DNA from: Candidatus Dormiibacterota bacterium
Lineage (GTDB): Bacteria; Chloroflexota; Dormibacteria; Aeolococcales; Aeolococcaceae
NCBI GenBank assembly: GCA_963709585.1
Contig: CAVPXI010000014.1
Location: 1-64,000 of the forward strand
Length of the DNA stretch: 64,000 bases
Direction of reading: 5' to 3'
Position 1 is the first letter of the stretch; the number at the start of each line of letters is the position of its first letter. A model generated the notes under the pieces. It was not told the DNA's origin, made no database searches, and worked only from the letters and a program-made list of their open reading frames with translations. Shown one piece after another: positions 59,529 through 64,000 of this stretch. A program made the translations under genes and the position numbers.

Positions 59529-60887
59529 CTACCGTGTCGCCGGGGCCTCGACCGGCGGGCGCCCCGCGAGGACCTGACGGCGCAGGGCTTTGAGCGTGGC
59601 GACGAAAATCTCTGAGAAGGTCGGGAACGGCTGGATGGTGTCGCGCAGCACGTCGAGCGTTACGCGGGCTCGAATGGCCAGCGTGGCCTGTTGGAGCCAC
59701 TCGCCTGCCTCGGGCCCCAGAGCGTAGGCTCCCGTCAGCCGGTCGCCATCGCTCAGGAGGGTCAGGAAGCCGTTGGATTGGGTGCGGGTGTACGTGGCCG
59801 TCTTGGCCACCTCGGAGAGTGCTGTCGTGGCGGTGAACCGGGCGTCGCTCGCGCCCACCGAAGCAGCTTGCGGGTCCGTGTAGACGACAGAGGGCATGGC
59901 CTCATAGTTCGCCTCGCGTGCCTCGCCAAGGATATTGGCAGCGACCACTTCGCCCTGGTACTTGCCCACGTGGGTCAGCAGGCGCACGCCAGTCACGTCA
60001 CCGATTGCCCACAGCCGCTCCCCGGCACGCAACTGGGCGTCGACCGGGATGCTGCCGTGCGCGTCGGCCTGGATACCAACCGTGTCGAGGCCGATTCCTT
60101 CCGATCGCGGACGTCTGCCCGTGGCGATGAGCAGTTCGTCGCCACGCAACTCGCGGCCGTCGCCGAGCGTCAGGACGTAGTTGTCGCCGTCGCGCCGGGC
60201 CGCCGTGACCTTGACGCCCAATATCACCTCGACACCATCACTGCGCAAGACTTCGCTGAGCGCCTCACCCAGCGGCGCCGCCTCGTGGGCCAGCACATGC
60301 GAGGCTCCCTCGACGAGAGCGACCTCGCCGCCGAGGCGTCGCACCGCCTGAGCCATCTCGACGCCGACCGGCCCGCCGCCGAGCACGAGCAGACGGCGAG
60401 GGACGGCCTTTATGCCAGTCACTCCGCGGTTGGTCCAGACGCCAGGCAACTCCGACAATCCCGGGATTGGTGGCATGACCGGATCAGATCCGGTCGCCAC
60501 GACTATGTGGTTGGCGGTATGACGCGCGCCATCCACCTCGACAACACCCACTCCGGCGAGTTGGCCAATACCGCGCAGCAGTTCAATGCTCTTGGATGCC
60601 AGCCAGCGCACCTGGCCGGCATCGGAGTAGTCGGAAACCATGTAATCGCGCCACGCGAGCGCCGCGGCAACGTCAACTTCGGCGCTTGCCGCCGCTTCGC
60701 GAGCCTCGTGAACCGCCTCCCCGGGGCGCAGCAGCGTCTTGGACGGGATACACGCCCAGTACGAGCACTCTCCACCCACCAGAGCTCGCTCCACAAGCGC
60801 AACCCGAAGGCCGCCGTCCGCCAGCTCACCCGCACAGTGCTCGCCCGGCGAACCGCCGCCTATGACAATGACGTCATAGCTGCTCAC
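59529..60887 (-). CDS. pyridine nucleotide-disulfide oxidoreductase (dihydrolipoamide dehydrogenase-like)
   Basis: [13 protein letters not shown] redox disulfide, [12 protein letters not shown] and PFPTFSE motifs. Confidence 0.9.
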   Translation of the reverse strand: MSSYDVIVIGGGSPGEHCAGELADGGLRVALVERALVGGECSYWACIPSKTLLRPGEAVHEAREAAASAEVDVAAALAWRDYMVSDYSDAGQVRWLASKSIELLRGIGQLAGVGVVEVDGARHTANHIVVATGSDPVMPPIPGLSELPGVWTNRGVTGIKAVPRRLLVLGGGPVGVEMAQAVRRLGGEVALVEGASHVLAHEAAPLGEALSEVLRSDGVEVILGVKVTAARRDGDNYVLTLGDGRELRGDELLIATGRRPRSEGIGLDTVGIQADAHGSIPVDAQLRAGERLWAIGDVTGVRLLTHVGKYQGEVVAANILGEAREANYEAMPSVVYTDPQAASVGASDARFTATTALSEVAKTATYTRTQSNGFLTLLSDGDRLTGAYALGPEAGEWLQQATLAIRARVTLDVLRDTIQPFPTFSEIFVATLKALRRQVLAGRPPVEAPATR

Positions 60888-61069
60888 GTTCGCGCTGCCA
60901 GGCTACCCTCGCTGGAGCCCCCTGCCTGCTCCTTAACCATGTACTCCGCATACCAGTCCGGCCAATCCGGGTCCGGATGCCCAATCTTCGCTTCATGGCG
61001 GCCATGCGCGTCCGCCGCCCGTCGAAGGGCCGCAGCCAGATCGGCCGCGGAATCGTACGTCGTTGCCAC
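60884..61069 (-). CDS. small protein resembling the C-terminal extension of actinobacterial glyoxalase/VOC proteins
   Basis: [17 protein letters not shown]...[12 protein letters not shown], with GGAGG RBS. Confidence 0.7.
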   Translation of the reverse strand: MATTYDSAADLAAALRRAADAHGRHEAKIGHPDPDWPDWYAEYMVKEQAGGSSEGSLAART

Positions 61070-61155
61070 AGGTATACCTCCGTCTTTATCAAGAAACTGG
61101 GCTTGGTGACTCGCTCACCGCTGCCGCACTGGCCGGCAAGCAACCTCTGTCGCGC

Positions 61156-61599
61156 CTACCGCCCCGGACGGCGCGTGGTGACCTCTTGGATAAACCAGCG
61201 GTTGCCGTCGGGATCGCTAAACGAGGCAAACGAGCCGTAGCTTTTGTGTTCCGGCGCCGGACCAGACGCCCGTCCGTCAGTCCCTGAGTGGTGGAAGACT
61301 CCCCCCGCGTCGTGGAACACATCGCTCACATCGACTCCGCAGGCGGCCACCTCGCCGCGGGCCGCCTCGATATCCGTGACGACAAGTTGCATGCCCTCAG
61401 CTGATCCGGGCGCGGCCGAGGTCACCTCGGTGCCAAAGATCAGCGAGCATGACGAGCCCCGAGGCGTCAGCTGCACCACCCGAAAGCCACCTTCGCCAGC
61501 GACGTCGGCATCAAGCCGCCAACCTAGCGACTGATAGAAACGCTTGGCCCTGTCCACGTCGGACACCGGCACGACCACCACCTCAAGCTTCATGTCCAC
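61156..61599 (-). CDS. VOC/glyoxalase family protein
   Basis: MKLEVVVVPVSDVDRAKRFY and FSDPDGNRW motifs, with GAGGAGG RBS. Confidence 0.9.
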   Translation of the reverse strand: MDMKLEVVVVPVSDVDRAKRFYQSLGWRLDADVAGEGGFRVVQLTPRGSSCSLIFGTEVTSAAPGSAEGMQLVVTDIEAARGEVAACGVDVSDVFHDAGGVFHHSGTDGRASGPAPEHKSYGSFASFSDPDGNRWFIQEVTTRRPGR

Positions 61600-61929
61600 C
61601 GCTGCACCTCCTCGTGCCTGAAGCCCGCAGCCATCACCTCGGTCAGCGGAGCTGGTTGTGGCGACACAATAGCCACCAGCCATCGCATGAGTTGAGGGCG
61701 CCGATCTACCGAGGTACTCGGCGGCCGGGTGGTCTTCGGCCCCGAACCCACCAATGTCACCCTCGGCAACAGCTTCATCATCATCAGTGGCGGTGGAGGC
61801 CCCACCGAGGATTCGCTCACAGTCACCCTTGAGACGCCAAGTAACCCGGGACCGGGTTAGCAGCTTCCTCAATCACCGTTCGACTAACCGATCGTGGGCG
61901 CAGTCCTGAATGGTCACGGTCGACGGGGC

Positions 61930-62403
61930 TTACTCCGAGGCGATAACCGCAGCGTGAATCAGCTTCGTCAATTCATGCACTTCGCGAGTGAGCGTCGTGT
62001 TCAAGTCGACCATCCCCGTGAGCCTTAGCTCGACGTCCCTGATCTGTCGCTCCTGGGCCTCGAGATTCGCAAGCGTCGCTTCGAGGTTCCGCTCGGATCG
62101 ATTAGTTGAGGCCCCAACCAGGAAGCCGATATAGAGTTCCGCGACCGTGGTGACAAGGTTGAGTGGAAAGTTGAAGCCAGTTGACGTGAACCAGGCGGGA
62201 AGCCAAGTTCCACTGGCAATCTTCGCTCCACCAACTGCGAACAGCAGTGTCCAGCCGACCACGAGGACGATCCAGATGGCGATATTGGTGGGCGTCCCCA
62301 TCCCGTAGCTGACCTTGTCGGCAACCCGTTGGAACAGTGAAATTCGCTCAGGTGGCGTAGCGGGGGTTTCCCCGCGGGGCTTGAGGACCGTGCTCTTAGG
62401 CAT
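61930..62403 (-). CDS. DUF1003 / low-affinity iron permease-like membrane protein
   Basis: QRVADKV..GMGT, two hydrophobic segments, LNLV...NRS and a coiled-coil tail. Confidence 0.55.
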   Translation of the reverse strand: MPKSTVLKPRGETPATPPERISLFQRVADKVSYGMGTPTNIAIWIVLVVGWTLLFAVGGAKIASGTWLPAWFTSTGFNFPLNLVTTVAELYIGFLVGASTNRSERNLEATLANLEAQERQIRDVELRLTGMVDLNTTLTREVHELTKLIHAAVIASE

Positions 62404-63028
62404 GTCATCTCCTTGTGCTCATAGGTCTGCATGGCTCTTCCTTAGCCACGCAGACCCGGAAACCGCAGGATGGCAGAGCAGGTAACAAGATCGGACCCGG
62501 AATCATTGCCCCCGGAGTTATGCCTGCAGGCAGCCTCCGACCAGCCTTTGCCATCGAGCGCTAGCCATCCGCGACGGTGAGCGCGATCGCTATGTGGTCG
62601 GTCCCATGGCGCGAGGATCTGTGAGATCGGAGTTGCCTTCGTGGCCTGGCGAAATCGTCGGCAACGCGTACGGTAGCGGGGCCGAACGCCTCGACGTGGC
62701 GGGGCGATTTGGACGGCGGTCGTCGAGGCGACCCGATTGCTTGACTTGGCAACCGTGCGGGCGTAGCGTCGTCGGCGACAGAGGCCGACCTCGGAGTCTG
62801 ACCGAGCTGGCGCGGTGCGAGCTGAATGGCGACCGGGCGATCGACCTCGCGAGGTGGCGGGATGGTCGGCATGCTCGCATCCCGGAGGGGGGACGGCACG
62901 GTCGCGTCCGTGCACCGCCCCTGGATCCCGAACGGACGTCGTTCGTGAGGAATAGCGTCCGTCTGGCCGGTGACGAACTCAAGTGTCGCTGTATCTATTT
63001 CTGGCAATCGCGAGTATGAGGAGTGGAC

Positions 63029-64000
63029 ATGTCTGTCGAAGCACGAACCACGGGTGTCGGTCGAGTCACAATCGATAGCGACGACGCCGAGGAAGTCAGG
63101 CCATTTCACATCGAGGTGTCCAACGAGGACCTCGCTGATCTTCGTCGGCGCATCGCGGCAACGCGGTGGCCCGATCGCGAGACCGTCACGGACGACTCAC
63201 AGGGTGTACGGCTGGAGGTGATGCAAGACCTCGCCCGTTACTGGGCAACGGATTACGACTGGCGCAAGTGTGAGGCGAGACTCACTGCACTTCCCCATTT
63301 CGTCACAACGATCGACGGGCTCGACATCCATTTCATTCATGTCCGATCCCAGCGCGAGGACGCGCTGCCGCTGATAGTGACGCACGGATGGCCCGGCTCG
63401 ATCATCGAGCAGATGAAGATCATCGAGCCGCTCACCAATCCCACTTCGCATGGCGCTAGCGCCGAGGATGCGTTCCATCTGGTGATCCCGTCGCTCCCGG
63501 GCTACGGGTTCTCCGGCAAGCCGACGACGACCGGGTGGGATCCCGCCCGCACCGCGCGTGCCTGGGTCGTTCTCATGAAGCGTCTCGGCTACGACAAGTT
63601 CGTTGCCCAAGGCGGCGACTGGGGTGCGGCGGTCACCCAGGCCATGGGTGAGCAGGCCGCTCCGGAGCTGCTCGGGATCCACTCCAACATGCCCGGTACC
63701 GCCCCACTCGACATTGTGCCGGGATTCGAGCGCGGCGACCCGCCGCCGTCAGGTCTCTCGGCCGAAGAGACACGCGCGTACGAGCAGTTGCGCACTTTCT
63801 ATACGAAGCACGTCGCCTACGCACAGATCATGGCAACGCGCCCGCAAACGTTGTACGGGCTGGCGGACTCCCCTGCCGATCTCGCATCGTTCATTCTCGA
63901 CCATGGGGACGGCACCGGACAGCCCGGGCTCGTGGAGAAAGTCCTTCAGGGACAACCCGTTGGCGATCTCACTCGGGACGACATCCTCGACAACATCACC
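63029..64000 (+). CDS. epoxide hydrolase (microsomal-type EHN plus alpha/beta fold), runs off the window end
   Basis: Own translation: RPFHIEV...[29 protein letters not shown] and QGGDWG. ATG follows GAGGAG. Absent from the ORF track because there is no stop in the window. Confidence 0.9.
   Translation, partial: MSVEARTTGVGRVTIDSDDAEEVRPFHIEVSNEDLADLRRRIAATRWPDRETVTDDSQGVRLEVMQDLARYWATDYDWRKCEARLTALPHFVTTIDGLDIHFIHVRSQREDALPLIVTHGWPGSIIEQMKIIEPLTNPTSHGASAEDAFHLVIPSLPGYGFSGKPTTTGWDPARTARAWVVLMKRLGYDKFVAQGGDWGAAVTQAMGEQAAPELLGIHSNMPGTAPLDIVPGFERGDPPPSGLSAEETRAYEQLRTFYTKHVAYAQIMATRPQTLYGLADSPADLASFILDHGDGTGQPGLVEKVLQGQPVGDLTRDDILDNIT

Noticed and set aside
59529-60887. Mercuric reductase MerA
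   Set aside because: It lacks the C-terminal Cys-Cys pair and the N-terminal metal-binding domain, and no mer genes are nearby.

Overview
High-GC bacterial DNA with an Actinobacteria/Chloroflexota/Dormibacterota-like gene style (taxonomy is inference only), made up almost entirely of accessory genes. The main structural signal is five same-orientation copies of a composite repeat, with cores at about 13464, 17962, 50389, 52357 and 56564. Each core is the 3' half of tRNA-Pro(GGG) on the minus strand. Four copies carry a conserved left arm, and four carry a right arm ending in 10-bp-phased NTGGA repeats. These attP-like junctions cut the window into segments of about 4.5, 32, 2.0 and 4.2 kb, none of which encodes a recognisable integrase. 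This suggests an integron-like tandem array of non-autonomous cargo cassettes at a tRNA-Pro locus. Cargo includes regulator/target pairs (TetR, MarR, ECF sigma factor, two-component system), MFS/MMPL/ABC/CLC transporters, toxin-antitoxin modules, a ThDP-GMC-SDR-enolase-GH15 operon, and an unusual respiratory cluster. That cluster has two CydA-like proteins flanking a Rieske/cytochrome b pair, plus USP/PCP_red/rubredoxin-motif proteins. About ten genes carry single frameshifts, probably long-read indel errors. All calls come from reading motifs by eye; no database search was run.
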